This document shows positions 51,787 through 52,089 of a stretch of DNA of 52,089 nt, one piece after another (the stretch's first letter is position 1; every line of letters begins with the position of its first letter). The DNA is taken from positions 36,728,942-36,781,030 of the forward strand of contig NC_069000.1 in assembly GCF_001194135.2 (NCBI RefSeq), given 5' to 3'. Source of the DNA: Octopus bimaculoides (taxonomy: Eukaryota). The position numbers and the translations under genes were made by a program. The notes beneath the pieces are model-generated. The model ran no database searches, was not told where the DNA came from, and worked only from the letters and a program-made list of their open reading frames with translations.

Positions 51787-52089
51787 AGGCGCAGGAGTGG
51801 TAAGTAGCTTGCTTACCAAACACATGGTTCCGGGTTCATTCCCACTGCGTGGCACCTTGGGCAAGTGTCTTCTACTATAGCTTCGGGCTGACCAAAGCCT
51901 TGTGAGTGGATTTGGTAGACGGAAACTGAAAGAAGCCCGTCGTATATATGTATATATATATGTATGTCTGTGTTTGTCCCCCCAACATCGCTTGACAACC
52001 GATGCTGGTGTGTTTATGTCCCCATAACTTAGCGAGAGACCGATAGAATAATTACTAGGCTTACAAAGAATAAGTCCTGGGGTCGATTT
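51787..52089 (+). mobile_element. tRNA-derived SINE with internal (AT)n/(GT)n linker
   Basis: Same family as 46564 and many degenerate copies. Runs to the window end. Confidence 0.85.

Overview
AT-rich, repeat-dense animal genomic DNA with four assembly gaps. The SINE/LINE landscape resembles that of an octopod cephalopod (inference from repeat families). Two protein-coding genes can be reconstructed by hand with GT-AG sites and matching phases. FAM210A (DUF1279, mitochondrial inner-membrane family) lies on the minus strand in 3 coding exons (23711-23534, 14724-14409, 11541-11196; 279 aa). The 5' part of RNMT (mRNA cap guanine-N7 methyltransferase) lies on the plus strand (32735-32744, 44018-44271, 47317-47452), and no later exon was recognised in the window. 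The two genes are head-to-head, as human FAM210A and RNMT are. The remainder is tRNA-derived SINEs (several with intact TSDs), RTE/CR1/R4-like LINE remnants, a Penelope GIY-YIG remnant, Helitron and mariner fragments, hAT- and piggyBac-type MITEs, and microsatellites. Highlights are the conserved divergent gene pair, a near-canonical type I hammerhead ribozyme motif in sense orientation in FAM210A intron 1, a long hairpin built from two hammerhead-like half cores, and two tandem phase-compatible candidate first exons for RNMT. Most ORFs in the supplied track are spurious (microsatellite or repeat derived).
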